Assembly: GCA_015680685.1 (NCBI GenBank)
Contig: MNCI01002384.1
Span: 189,498-253,497 of the forward strand
Length of the DNA stretch: 64,000 nucleotides
DNA from: Gnetum montanum
Lineage: Eukaryota > Plantae > Gnetophyta
Reading direction: 5' to 3'
The notes beneath the pieces are model-generated. The model ran no database searches, was not told the DNA's origin, and saw nothing but the letters and a program-made list of their open reading frames with translations. Made by a program: the position numbers and the translations under genes. How positions within the stretch are numbered: position 1 is the stretch's first letter; each line of letters opens with the position of its first letter. This document shows, piece after piece, positions 11,120 through 24,149 of this stretch.

Positions 11120-12810
11120 TGTAGCGATCGAAAACGTCGATGGTTGGAAGAACGCCAAGGTCGGCGGACACAACAGTTCCAACATCGTGCCTGCGAGAGG
11201 GCGGTGCTGGGTGTGTGCAAACATGGGGTGCCTTGAATGGTCTGGTTGATCAAACAGGGACTTACATCAGCATTAATATAGCCTTTTGCAATATAAACTA
11301 TACGAGTTGCGAGATGGTGCTTATGGGTAATTATAGCGAGAAAAGAAAGGGACTAAAAAAATGCAACAACGATGCAAAATAGTGAATAAACGTAAGTGTG
11401 ACAATGATATGAGACGATGCTTAAAGGTAACCAAAATAGAAATAATACAAGGAAGCTAGATAGTAAATAAGAAGTAACATAGATACAGTTAGGAACATGC
11501 ACTGCTTCAGAGCTACAAATCTATCCGATCAGGGGGTGGCACAATTGGTTGCACAACATGATGGAGTGCATAAAGTTTCGAGAGTGACCAAAGTGTGCCA
11601 GGAAATAGGAAATAGCTGTGCACTTGGGCACAGACTTCATGTATATACAATGCAGGTGGGATCATACCAAGGTGGTAGAACGAGACCCTGGGCTTTATGC
11701 CAGTCGAGAGAGGTTCCTTTTATAGATTGCTGGCCTCTCCTTTTCTTTCCCTTATTGTGAGATTATAGGTATTTCTCTTTGTTTGTTTCAGTCAAGGAGA
11801 CTTTCCTTTTCTTTTTTTTTACAAACCCTTTTTTGTGCTATTTGACAGGCTATTTATAGGGCTAAAGGTAAGCAAAGGTGACTGTTTGAATACTACGTTG
11901 TCGCAGACTTGTGCTAACTTACTAGCGTTACTCGAGCCATTTGTGACCATTGAGATTGCAAGACCATTGTGATGCGAGCAATAACTATGATCCTACTACA
12001 TTGTGACTACACCGCAAAGTCCTAGAGGTGTGTGCCAACGGTTCGATTGAGGTGGAGTGCATTGATGTCACATGGTCACCTACCTGCCGTGCTGTGTTTT
12101 GCGACGTGGCTTGCTTATTGTGGCATAGCACCTTGCCCTGTGTCTTGTCGTATGTCACATACTTGCTACATGATGCTACGCTACGTAGCATAGCGACTGG
12201 GATAGTTTTGCTGATTTTCAACTTATTCTACCATAATGCATGTTCTGTGGACTTTGCTGATTTTTCCTTTCGAATTGCCTTCTGTTCCTTTCTGCAGGAT
12301 TGCTACGCCTTGCTGCGCCATGTAGCTTAGCATAGCGTAGCAGCAGACATGGTCTACCACTTCCTAGCAAAAAGAAACATCACTATAGAACTCGAGATTG
12401 GATGAGGGAGGTGAGTAATGAAGTTGTTGCTATGCTACGCCATATGTCATCGTGTAGCATAACATCTTGTTCCGCCATTGTTTTTTGAGGCTTGCTACGC
12501 TACACATTGTAGCGTAGCAGGCTTTGTAACTTAGAAAACTTGTTGAACTGCTTCTCTTGTGCACCTAGGCTACTATCGCTGATTCTGGACACCATTTCTG
12601 AGCAGGCTGCCAGTTGTTCAGACTACTTTGGAGGGAGGGCGAGTTGGTATAGAACTCACCCATGCCTAAAGTTGAAAATTTACCAAATTGGCCATCCTAG
12701 ACTCAGAACGTTCTTTTCCCGATGGACTTCCATGGTATTGTGTGGACTCCAAGAGCCTGGTGAGGCTAGGATGACCCCGCATTTTTTTAGGGTATTTCAA
12801 CTAGGCTACA
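11120..12810 (-). repeat. 5' LTR of element A (~1.7 kb)
   Basis: TGTAGC...GCTACA terminal inverted repeat, TATA-like TATAAATA near 11855, PBS adjacent. The 3' end resembles the LTR end of E. The 12810 boundary is less certain than 11120. Confidence 0.7.
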
Positions 12811-13726
12811 ATGGGGCTGCAATGTACCATGTAGTGTAATTGTGCCTCTCTATCGGTGTGGTGTGCTCTAGGTCTCATTCACCCATGAAGCTAAGTGTCA
12901 AGATGCCAAAATGCCAAATGCCAAAAAAATGAAAACACTAACTGCCTTGCTGGGGAAGAAGTGGAAGTCTCTCCCCTTGTTTCTATCCTCCTTTCAAAAG
13001 AGGATGCAAAGGTATTTATATGGCTAGGGTTAGCCCAAAATGTGGATTAGGTGCCATGTGGCAGTGTGGTGGGTGGGACCATGCTATTTGCTACACTTGT
13101 CTTGTGTTATGCACATGATCTATGCAGTGTAATAGCACGTAACAATATGTAACAATGTGTAACAGTGCATAGTAGTGTGTTACGCAGCGTAAAAGGGTGT
13201 TACGCTATGCTATGCTATGTAGCGTAGCAGGGTGTAGTGTAACTGCATGTAACAACATGTAAGAACAGGTAACAACGTGTAACAGTGCTTAATAGTGTGT
13301 TACGTAGTGTAATAGGGTGTTACACTATGCTACGCTATGCAGCATAGCAGGGTGTAGTGTAAGAGCACGTAAAAATGCGTAACAACACGTAACAGTGAGT
13401 AACAACGTAGCAGGGCATTACGCTATGTAGCGTAGTAAGGTGTAGCATAACAGCACATAACAACATAGCAATGTGTTATGCAGCGTAACAAGGTGTTACG
13501 CTACGCTACACTATGCAGCGTAGCAAGGTGTAGCATAACATCACGTAACAATGTGTAACAGTGTAGCAGTGTGTTATGCTACGCTACGCTATGTAGTGTA
13601 GTAGGCATTTTACGCTGTGCTATGCTACGATACACAACATAAAACCTTTGTAGAAAGTGCTATCATTCTGACACTTAGCCAAATTTGTAGTCGTCATGTC
13701 GAGACCCAAAATTTTGTGGTGTTTCA
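12811..13726 (-). repeat. Interrupted LTR of a further Tat element (A0), with satellite-like GTTACGCT/GCTACGCT array (~13080-13640)
   Basis: Starts TGAAACACCAC at 13726 (minus) like the B/C/D/E LTRs; has its own TATA-like block near 13015; cut by A at 12810. Confidence 0.65.
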
Positions 13727-14154
13727 AACCTCATACATGTGTCACCTACTGAATTACATCCTACATAGATCACATGGCCATTCCAATGTTGGGGACTAGA
13801 TATCATAGGACCCATTACACCTAAGCCTTCTATAGGACATAGCTTCATTATCACTACAACCGAATACTTTACAAAGTGGGTAGAGACTATTCCCTTGAGA
13901 AAGACCACATCTCAAAAGGTTTGTCACTTTATCCTAGATAACATAGTAACAAGGTTTTGTTCTTCTCATGACTATTGTGATGGACAACGGGCCACAGTTT
14001 AGTAGCACAGAAACCAAGACCTTTTATGATAGCCTTGGCATTAAACACTTTTTTTCATTACCATACTACCCACAGGTGAATGGTTAGGCAGAGGCAATAA
14101 ACAAAGCCATCATTAAACATCTGAAAAAGATGCTTAGTAGGAGTAAGAGGCAAT
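13727..14154 (+). pseudogene. Integrase core fragment of an older Tat element (X), cut by A0 on the left and B on the right
   Basis: WPFQCWGLDIIGP, EYFTKWVE, DNGPQF, YYPQVNG*AEA; ends abruptly at the TG of LTR B. Confidence 0.88.
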
Positions 14155-15643
14155 TGAAACACCACTAATTTTGGCCTAATACTTTGAAGCGAGAACAACT
14201 TGGATCCTTTCGAGCTTTCAAGAGGTAAACATTTGACTAAGGCATGTAACTCACGCTAAGCTTGTCAAGCTAGCTTACCCTTAGCATGAGCAACTCCAAC
14301 GACTCCAAAATCAAGTTAAAGATGGTCCAATCTAAGTGTGCAAGCCATCCTCAAGGATCACTATTATCCACTTCAAGTTTCAGCATTCAAGAGTTCAGAA
14401 TTTTGGGCCAAATTACACAAATTTTCCCAGGTCACTCTGAGGTCATGCTGGCAGCATGAGTACAACGTGAGCAAATATAGAAACCTTAAAACCAAGGCAA
14501 AATGGTCTGAGTTCCAAGGTGCAAGTCATCCTCCAGGTTCATTGTTGACAACTTCAAGTCCCAGCCTCCAGAATTCCAAATTTCAAGTCCAAAATTGCAA
14601 GTTTTTGTAGCTCATGTTGAGCTCGCACTGGTAGTGTGAGTCCAATGTGAGCTACCAAAAGTGGTTAAAAAAAGGCACATCCAAGCTCAATTTTCAACTT
14701 GCAGATTACTCTCAAGGTCAACCATAGTTAAAAAATTTCAATACTCAAGAAACAAGAATAGCCACAAAACCACTCAAATGGATATCCTATAGCAGTGAAT
14801 TCAGGGACCGATAAGTTTCAAGCGAGTTGGAGTTAATATCTCTTATTGTACATTATTGTTTTCATTGTAAATTTTCATCATTTGTGAGCTTACAAGCTCT
14901 TATGCTCCAAATTGTATCTGCTTCCATGGGTGTAAGCTAGATTGTGTAAGCCAATACACATTGTAAGATATAGTGAATCTAGTCAAGAACGTAGCCCGCC
15001 TATGCACATCCAATTGACACGTAGTTGTCCATCTAACACCTATCATATGATTTGTTTTCCTCTCATTTCTCAGCCATTGATCCATCTATGAGTTTCATAG
15101 TCGAATCTAGAAAAACCTAATAAATACCCCATCCATTCACATAAGCAGAGTTTGATGGCTTAGGAAACACTGACTAGCAACTTTTGGATACTCAAGCGCA
15201 CCTGACTCTTAGCATCCAAGCACCTATAAGCATATCACCCTAGGGCTTAGCACTTGAATTGCCATTCACATGTGTAGCTACACTTTGACCGGTGCACATT
15301 CATTCTAAGCAATACAATACAGTTCATTTTTTCCTTCCATTATATTATATACTCTATTTGAAATTTAGTTTATGCTTTGTTTACAATACATTTCTATATA
15401 CGCTCTGTTTGCATTTCGTGCACCACTATTCACATTTCCAGTTATGATAACCCTAGTGCAAGCCATAGCTTATGTTTGGGGAAGTCCTTGTTTGATTTGC
15501 ATGCAGACCATCCAAGGCACTCTACCTTTGTTTTCTTTTCTAGCTTTCCCTCATGCTAAGGCATGGTCAGTTATGTCTTTCCAATAATTTTTTGGTGTTT
15601 GTTTCTCCCTTCCAGCCTTATGCCAACGATTTTGGTCAGTACA
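14155..15643 (+). repeat. 5' LTR of element B
   Basis: TGAAACACC...GGTCAGTACA; homologous to the C LTRs; followed by the PBS. Confidence 0.9.
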
Positions 15644-15649
15644 GTAAAT

Positions 15650-15666
15650 TGGCGCTAGAAGGAGGG
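15650..15666 (+). promoter_or_regulatory. Primer-binding site (tRNA-Asn) of element B
   Basis: TGGCGCTAGAAGGAGGG, a perfect complement of the recalled plant tRNA-Asn(GUU) 3' end. Confidence 0.9.
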
Positions 15667-15744
15667 CTGAACTTGTTTACCATCCTGTCAAAACATTGAT
15701 CACGTTACCTGTTTATATGCTATGCTAATCAAGTGCTAAAACTA

Positions 15745-18700
15745 AGACCCTACTTACACAATCCTCACACCAGAACAATATAACTTCATCTATGTGAAGA
15801 TTCAAGCCAACCTGCCTATCGATCGCGTAGAAAGAGAAGCAAAGCGAAACTATGAGCTCATTTACAAAGGAGGTTGTGAGTTCACTTCCTCAGAATTTGA
15901 TATAATCCCCCTTTCCAAACACCATCATCGACTCATATCTCAACTTCTCATGGTAAGGAGTCAAGCCTTATAGCCACCTTTGATAGAGCCTCATGGTGGA
16001 GATGATAAAGATGACTTTGTAGCCCAATCTGAGCATGGGGATTCATACGATATTGTTAGTCATCACACCCATACAAACCCATTATTTCAACCTTTCCTAG
16101 AAGAAATTATGCTTCCTCCTTCATCCACAAACACTCGAGCACTAGTTTCTTGACAAGAAGTACCTGCTTCCATTTCCACCTTCTCCATGCCCAACAACCA
16201 ATTTGATACATCCATCTCCATCATGCTCCTGCAAGTATAGTCCTGAAAACCCCCTCCTCAAACTAATGTAGGATCAATCTTCTTACCTCACGTAATTGGA
16301 ATGCCATTAGTTATACCAGCTTCCACATCCACCCATTACATACCACAAGTGCAAACCCATGAAGCACCATTAATTACTTCAACCCAACACGTTCAGGGTG
16401 TCACCTCACAACCTATGGTTGGGTAGTGGGCTTCACCAGCTATTTAGCAATACCAATCAACTCACTACAAAATTCCACACCCTGCAATCGCATCTCTGAA
16501 TGTTGCTCCACAACAACAACCGATAATCCAATAGTCTCCCTTTCCACAAACAATGCAACAATCAAATTACTATCAATCACAATCCACTCAACCCATTGAT
16601 CTACCTACTATCCAAGAGTGGGTACACACAAAAAAAAATGATGCACTTGTTAATTGAAGTAAAGCATCTTAAAACTATAAACACTAAGGAAGTCAAGGTG
16701 CTCGAGTTCTACCAAGATGATCAAATCAACCCTTCAGTACCATTGTTAACCTTACCAAAGGGGATCTCATTACCCCAGCTAACCAAATACAATGGAGAGG
16801 GAGATCCAAATGCCCACCTAGTAACATTTTGACTAGAATTTCTATTACTTTAGGCCTGACCTCATGTAATTCTGTGTGTATTTGCTATGTCCTTAACGGG
16901 AAAATCCTTAGACTAGTACTGAGCTTTACCCTATAACTCCATATCCTCCCTAGAAGATTTGTTACATTAGTTTGTTACTTGTTTCATATATAATCTAAAG
17001 CCAGAAGACACACTGGATAGCTTGATTTAGATCAAACAGGTGTCGTTAGAGCTAGTACAAAAATTTATCCAAAGGTGGAGTGCAATCTTGAATGAACTTC
17101 ATGAGCCCATCCCTGAAACATACCTTCTTACCATCCTTAAGGCTACTGTGAATGACTTTATTAAATTGAAAATTTATTATTTGAGTGCTCGTACTTTGAG
17201 CTAAGCATTCATGCAAATTAAGAACATAGAGGAGGCGGTACAAACAAGTAACAACCTAGCTTACTTGACCTTTAGGAGCTAACATACAAGGAAAGATAAG
17301 GATAAATCCAAAAATGATGGTAGCAATGGTGGTAGAGACAGCCCAACCTAACAATCTAGGATAGAAAGGAAAACAACCCACTACTCCAACCAACTGTGAA
17401 AGAACTACACCTATGCCTACACCCGAATCTTCCTCAAATAAAAAAACCAACATGGGTCACACTCGTACATTCGAATGAAAGGATCCCGCCCAATATACAC
17501 CCTTACCTATGAAGCCTTCACAATTGTTAGATCAACTTCTAAAGGCTGGGTTAATCAAACATAAACAAATGTCCCCTGCAGTGTCTCAAAAACATGATCG
17601 ATTCTGTGAGTTGGCTAAGAACCCAACTTTAGCAATGGCTAATGAGCCTCCCATTCCAAGAGGCTTTAGATTGGATAGGTTTTGTGAATATCACCAATGG
17701 TGTGGACACAGAATTGACTACTGCTTCACCTTAAAATAGGATATACAACACATGATTGATAGGGGTGAAATAGTATTTGATGAGGCAAACCCAGTAAGGT
17801 CCCAAAACCAGCCCATGGGAGTCTACAAAGATCCTCTTAATACTAATGATGCACCATATGTGATTAACACTATCCATGTGGAGAATGGATAGGACATCTC
17901 ATGAAAGCATTTTGTGATTTTCAAGCATTTAGAAAATACACCTACCTCAACATCTCCTCAAACTCCTTTCATCATACACGCGTTCCACGCACCACAAAAA
18001 CCATTTTTCATTCACATACCCCTTTCCATCGAAGCAGAAACCACACCATTAGAAACCCAACCCAGTCCCTTTATGATCTAGGTACCAAAACACCCTGACA
18101 TGCAACCCGCTACAGTTCCCCTGCAACCCTTACAAGAGCACCTTGCTAATAGGCTCACAAGAGAGCACCTAGAAAATAAACATCATGAGCACAAATTAGG
18201 ACCCCCAAAGCCCATACTACTAANAAACATCATGAGCACAAATTAGGACCCCCAAAGCCCATACTACTAAATGTTGTTCCTATGGTTCCATCCACTGGTG
18301 AGCCTAGCACAAGTCATCAAGATAAGAACACCAACACTCACAGGGCCCCAAACTCAACATCCCTAGCTACCAATGCAAAAATCCCTCCACAAGAGATACA
18401 AATGCTGGGTCAAATGGACCAAGTCTCCATAGACAAGAGTGCCACAAATGATAAGGATCTAGCAACTGCATTGACCCAAGTCACACAGGCTTTGAAACAA
18501 AAGAAAACCTCCTTAAGCCTGTACGATCTAGTAATGACCTCATTGGTACATAGGGAAGCTCTTGTGCATATGTTGACTTCAATTCCTGTTAGTGAGGACC
18601 TTCTTGCAGATGAGCCATCTATCTATGCATTATTGTCCCCACAACCTCAAGAATCAAGGACCACATCCCTAGAATTTCTTGCTAATGACATTAAGCGAGA

Positions 18701-19406
18701 TGAGAAAATGGGAGAGGTTACTATGGCTCCTATATTCATAACAATACTAGTAAACCATTTCAAGATACATAGGGTTCATGTTGATGACGGTGCAGCAACG
18801 AACGTAATACCCTTTCCTGTCATCAAGAAACTGGGGCTTACAGAGCAAACAAAACCCATAACAACTTCTTTCTTAAAATCATTTAGTGGTTCCCATGTCA
18901 TGGTAAAAGGCATGGTTACCTTGGATTTCATAGCAGGGGACCAATTCCCCACATTGGCTGAATTCGTAGTGGTTGATGAAATGCTGGGATTCAATATGAT
19001 TCTAGGACGTCCTTGGCTAGCTCAACTAAGAGTTGTATCCTCACCAATCTATCAAGAGATCCACTTACCTTATGAGGGTAGTGAAATCATCATACATGGG
19101 GATACAACAACATCACTCACTTCCTCACACTTCGGAATAGACTAGGGGTTAGAGGTTGAGTTCTCTGAGCCGAAAAAAGGAACCATGAGCATACTTCAAG
19201 ACATGAACCAACCTTTAACTCATGATCCTACTAAAACTGAGGAAGCACTAGACAACACAGACATAGGAGCCATTTCCACTGATGTCTCTTGGTCGAAATT
19301 ACACTTTGACATCACTAGTGAAGGGGAAGGTGAGTATAAGATCATACCTACATGCCCTACCCCTTACATCAAACTACAAAGGATTAAAAAGAAACTCAAT
19401 AATTAG
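15745..19406 (+). pseudogene. gag: gag-protease of element B (many stops; gag start apparently deleted)
   Basis: KYNGEGDPNAHLVTF, CEYHQWCGHRIDYC, RVHVDDGAATNVI, FNMILGRPWL. Confidence 0.9.
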
Positions 19407-20056
19407 GGCGAACTACCATGCATCTAGAAAGACGTTAAACCACCAACCATATGGTATGACATTAAACTACTAGCGAATGTCTGCAATGACATTAAACTAG
19501 CCATGGTCAGAAATAGCTGGTTCCTTTTAAAGCTTGCTAAAACTGTTATTGCTTTCGGCCCCCTATGGCCTAAAACTGGTGATCCTTCCTTCTTTAACAT
19601 AGATGTCACAGTCCATCATGACTTTAAACTGATGTACAAGGCCCGAAATGGCTTTAAACTAGAGCTTAGTATGTCACAAATTCACAAACTCTCTTTATGT
19701 TACGTTAAATTTTCATTTACATGTTACATGTTGCAATTTCACTTCATGCCTTTTCATTACTTTCCTTTTTTACAAATATTTCATTTACATTTTGTTCTAC
19801 ATTTTGGAGCATCATTTTACATTTAGCTACATGCATAAGTTCACAATATACCTGAGATAATAAGAAAAACAACAAAAAATATAAAAACAGAAAAACATAT
19901 GAAAAATAAAAAAATATTGAATGTCAATATGGTAATAGAATTCCAACAGATTATGCCATGATTAGATCCATATCATTACATCTATCCATCATATATTTCC
20001 ATTAAACATCCAAAAATCTAAAACATTAAATAGCTAAAGTTGGATTAATAGTAGGC

Positions 20057-23000
20057 TCATGTATCAGTACTAGGAGGGGGCTGGTCCCCAAAATCCTCCT
20101 CATCATCTGCTCTCGCTCCATCGGGGCTAGCTCCATCATTAACATGTCCCTATAATAGAAAAAAAAACAAAAAAATAGGTAAGAGTAATAAAATAAATCA
20201 TGAATACAAAACCAAGAAAAATAGTAACACTAACAATAAAAACAATAAAACCATACAAAAGTAACCATCATAATAAAACATTCACAAGAGAGGAGGGCCT
20301 TAGACTAGCCTCCAAATGCCGTAGAATCTCCTCCTTAGGCACATTTGCCCAATCCTCTTCTAGGCCAAGATCAATACCAGCCAAGGTTTTACCCTTATCC
20401 ACCGAGGTCCAGGTAGGGTGCTCAAGAGAGAACATGCCTATTGAAGCCTCCTTGGAAGTAGTGGTAATGGTTCTCTCAGGAGATCCCTCCACCTTGGTGC
20501 ACTCAGCAAACCTATTGTAAGCAGGACACAAGCCTAGGCCATTAATGAACATTTCCATTCAATGATGTTCAACCAATTCCTCCTTTACCACTTCTTGTAT
20601 TGGTGCTTGTGATCCTTTTGATCTTGATCCCACTTACATACTTTAGCAACAGAGGATTTCCAATCATGACATTTCCTGTTCAGCAAATCCATATGTGCCC
20701 TTTTTTTGGCTAAATCTCGTGTCGCCTATACTTTGACATTTAAAACTGTCCAGTAATGAGCATAGGTGATCTCAAATGTGTGCTAGGTACTATCACTAGA
20801 CAGCCTAGCTGTAGAAAAATCATACCGAGATTGGAGATCCCTCTTCTCTTCTCTCTCTTTTTCCAATGTCTCCTTCAATGAGTGCACCTTATCCCATAGG
20901 TACTAAACCGAATGCCTACAAGTCCAAAGCGACTTAGCATTCTATACGATGCAACCAAAAACTGCATCATAAACCTTTCTAGGGACTTGTTCAATATTCC
21001 CTGGTAATTCAGGGAGGGCATTAATATGAGTAGCCTTAGAAGGATCCCATTGAAGCTTGGCACCTGTAGGTGTAGGTACCACACACATCAATCAGCTGTG
21101 GTTAAAAAAATTGAACGTAAAGAAACACAATAAACCCAAACATTTAGCATAATACATAACATACACATACCTAATTCTAGATGAGCTTGTTTTAGGTAAG
21201 CAAACACATCATTAACGATGCCTATAACAAAGTCCATTTTACTAGGCATCTCAGGCCATGGCCTTAGCTAGTTAGTGGAGGTGGGACAAGCATGGGAGGT
21301 CACCTCAATCGGGGCCTATGATCCTAACACCTCTACCATGGATGTATGCACTTCAGAAACCTTAGCATCTACCTACGGTGTTAGGAATAATCAAGATAAT
21401 AAAAAAAAACACATAAAATTTAAAGGCTAAAAAAATATGGATTGAGCTAAAAGGAACATACCAAAAAGCCCTTTGATGCTCAACTTGGGCAGATCACCAA
21501 GTTGCAAAGATCCAACGAAGAAATCATCAAAGACACCTCTTCACTTGAATGCCTAAGTGCATCCAAAGCCTCTACAAGCTTTGTCCCCATGATTCTTGTT
21601 ACATCTTCCTCTTGCGAGACAGGAGGTTCCTCGATTGCTTCTTCCCCCTCTTTTCCTTCTTCCTTTGGCCCTGTGACAACCACTTCTAGTTCAACCATCA
21701 AGGCCAAGGCTTCTCTCTCCCTCTCGGGACTTTCCTCTGATAACACCAGAATCCTAGTGTTAGTATGACATAGTATATACATACGTTTAATAAACATATA
21801 AACCAAAACACAATAAAAAAAATAAATATATAACAATAAAATAAAATACTTACCCTCCACTAGAAATACAAAGAAGATCCTCTTCACTCTTGGTGGTCTC
21901 ACCTATAGGGAAGGCTCCCTTAGGTATTCATTTCTCTTCACCTTCGCCTAGGATCTCCCAACAGTCTCATGAATTAGACATTCAACCCCTTTAACAGATG
22001 TGTGCAGTATAGGCGGTTCCAATCCCAAGCTATCATAGAATGATGGGAACAACTAGCTGCACCCTCAATAGTAATAGACACTAATTCTTTGATGCCTTTG
22101 GGTGGGTCCTGAGATCTAGTGGTGCTAAAAAAATGGTGAATCCAGGGGCAGGACAGCTATGGATGATCCCTTAATATATAACGGTTATCACCATAAACTA
22201 CTAGGAACTTAGCAAACATTCGTAGGTACCCTGTGAAGAAGGCAAACGTGAAATGGGATTTGGCATTGATGTTTGAGCGTAATCTGACAATCTCCCCATG
22301 AAAGCCAGATCCAAGAAATTGTGCCTAGTTATAATGCACACCCATCTCTAGGATTTCTTGTATGATATGCGTGGAGTCGATACTAAGGTTTCTTCCTTGA
22401 GAAAGAGATTTAGGGAATGCCCATGCCCCGAAAGAGGGGATACAAGAAGTTCACCTCCATTTGAGTATCATATCACATGGAAAAACCTTTGGGACCCCGA
22501 GACACACCTCACCAGTCTTCAAGTTCTTTTATGATTTGGCTTTCTTTAGTCGCTTTATCTACTGCCACTCTGGCGCCATCCATAGGCACGCCAAAGAGAT
22601 CTGAAAGGAACTCATTAGTCAGATGGAAAGACACCATGACTTGAACCCACGTAGTGAAATGAGAGGCATCATCACTAAAAGAATAAACAATGGTAACCAT
22701 TTCAGTAGCTAGAATATTAGGAGTTAGAGCAGTAAACAAGTCCATCAAACTCGCATGGGTATGACTGCTGATGACTAACTCAGAGGCCTTCGTCTACAAC
22801 CATTGTTGTGACTGTTCTGTCTCTCCATACTTCATGAAAATAGTGGCCTCAGTACACCCTAATATGATGGTAACTTCATTAGAAGAGATAGCTGCTATAG
22901 TAAAAGAAAAAGAAAACATAGAGCGAAAGGTTAGAAAACATAGTACATGATGATGCAACAAAGAGAAAATGGAGTCTAGAGTGTGACCATTTACCATCAG

Positions 23001-23787
23001 TAAGTGGCATAGGCAGATTAGGTGCAGGAAGAATTGGCCCATTGGGGGACCAATCCTTATGCAACCAACCATGAAATTGACAACGTTCAAAAGCTCTTGA
23101 GAATTGCCTATGGTAGTCAACAATAGGCTCTCTTGTCTGGTCCAGTACCACAGCATGAAAAGTGGGGTCCACCATGAATGTCTCCAATGCTGTGCATGCT
23201 AAGGCAAGCCCACCATCATCATCATGCATCCCATTATAATCGAAATGAGGCCTACATAAAAGAGGAATATTTATGCATAGACAATGACATAATTTTTTAA
23301 AAAAATCAAAAATTAAGGAAAGCACAAAAGAGCATACCTTTCCACTTTATACACTATCCCAAGTGGGTTCTGGAACAACATATGAATATAGAAAGCTAGA
23401 AAAAGTGTGTTGCTATTGTTATAATGGCTACAAGTAGGTAGTTCCCATACACAAGCCAAGAGATGAGTAAATCTACGACCCTCAGGAGGGCCTCCCTCAA
23501 CTATAAAAATTCTCTTATCTATGTCAGTAATGAAGGCAAGCATGTCTTGTGTAGATCTAGGCAACATGGTTTCAATGATATCACGAGCCAACTGCTCACT
23601 TAAATGAGACCATATAACTACTCTAAAATTTTTCAAAATAAATGACAAAAATGAACCAACATTGGGATGGAACCATATCACATGAGGCCCAATGCACATG
23701 TCATAAGGAGGTATGTCTGGTCCAAAGGGGCCAAACCAAGCAAGTATACCAATGAGCTCAATCACAAGGAGGGAAGATTTAGGCCCC
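20057..23787 (-). pseudogene. Spliced antisense accessory gene of element B (FCP1/NIF-like + Transposase_32-like + coiled-coil)
   Basis: Exon 23787-23338 LLVIELIGIL...WFHPNVGSFLSFILKNFRVVIWSH...NTLFL...QNP. Downstream LMDLF, LSDLFGVPMDG, AFPKSLSQG, WPEMPSKMDF; GT-AG introns. Confidence 0.82.
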
Positions 23788-24149
23788 CTACATACAACCA
23801 AAACCTTCGGTAAGTAAAGAGTCCAAGTGCTAAAAATAGTATGAAATCACATAAACCAAAAACACACATAAGCAACATTTAAATACATAACAGCACCCCA
23901 TGAGACAAGGACATCAATATTTATTCAGTGTATTTAACGCTCGCTGGGGTACATTGAAATCATTTACAAAGTAGTTTGTTGTAAGCAACATAAAATGAAC
24001 ATGCAGGTATAAAACCATGAACATTCATAGATTCATAGAAATGTATTTAAATTTGTCCAAACAAGAAATAATAAACAACATAGACCTAAACACTAGTAGC
24101 CAATGAACATTTCAACAAATAATTTGCATCTTCATGTTTCAACTCAAAC

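Larger units (their letters stand above)
1..12810 (-). mobile_element. Ty3/Gypsy Tat-clade LTR retrotransposon 'A' (5' portion; runs off the window's left edge)
   Basis: On the minus strand: LTR 12810-11120, PBS, gag, protease, ~5.5 kb spacer with antisense gene, then RT start. Confidence 0.9.

Noticed and set aside
18177-18270. Exact ~46-bp tandem duplication in B gag
   Set aside because: The copies are separated by a single n, typical of unmerged contig overlap; an assembly artefact.
23313-23801. FCP1-like ORF as a host gene
   Set aside because: It lies at the equivalent internal position in three separate elements, so it belongs to the retrotransposon.
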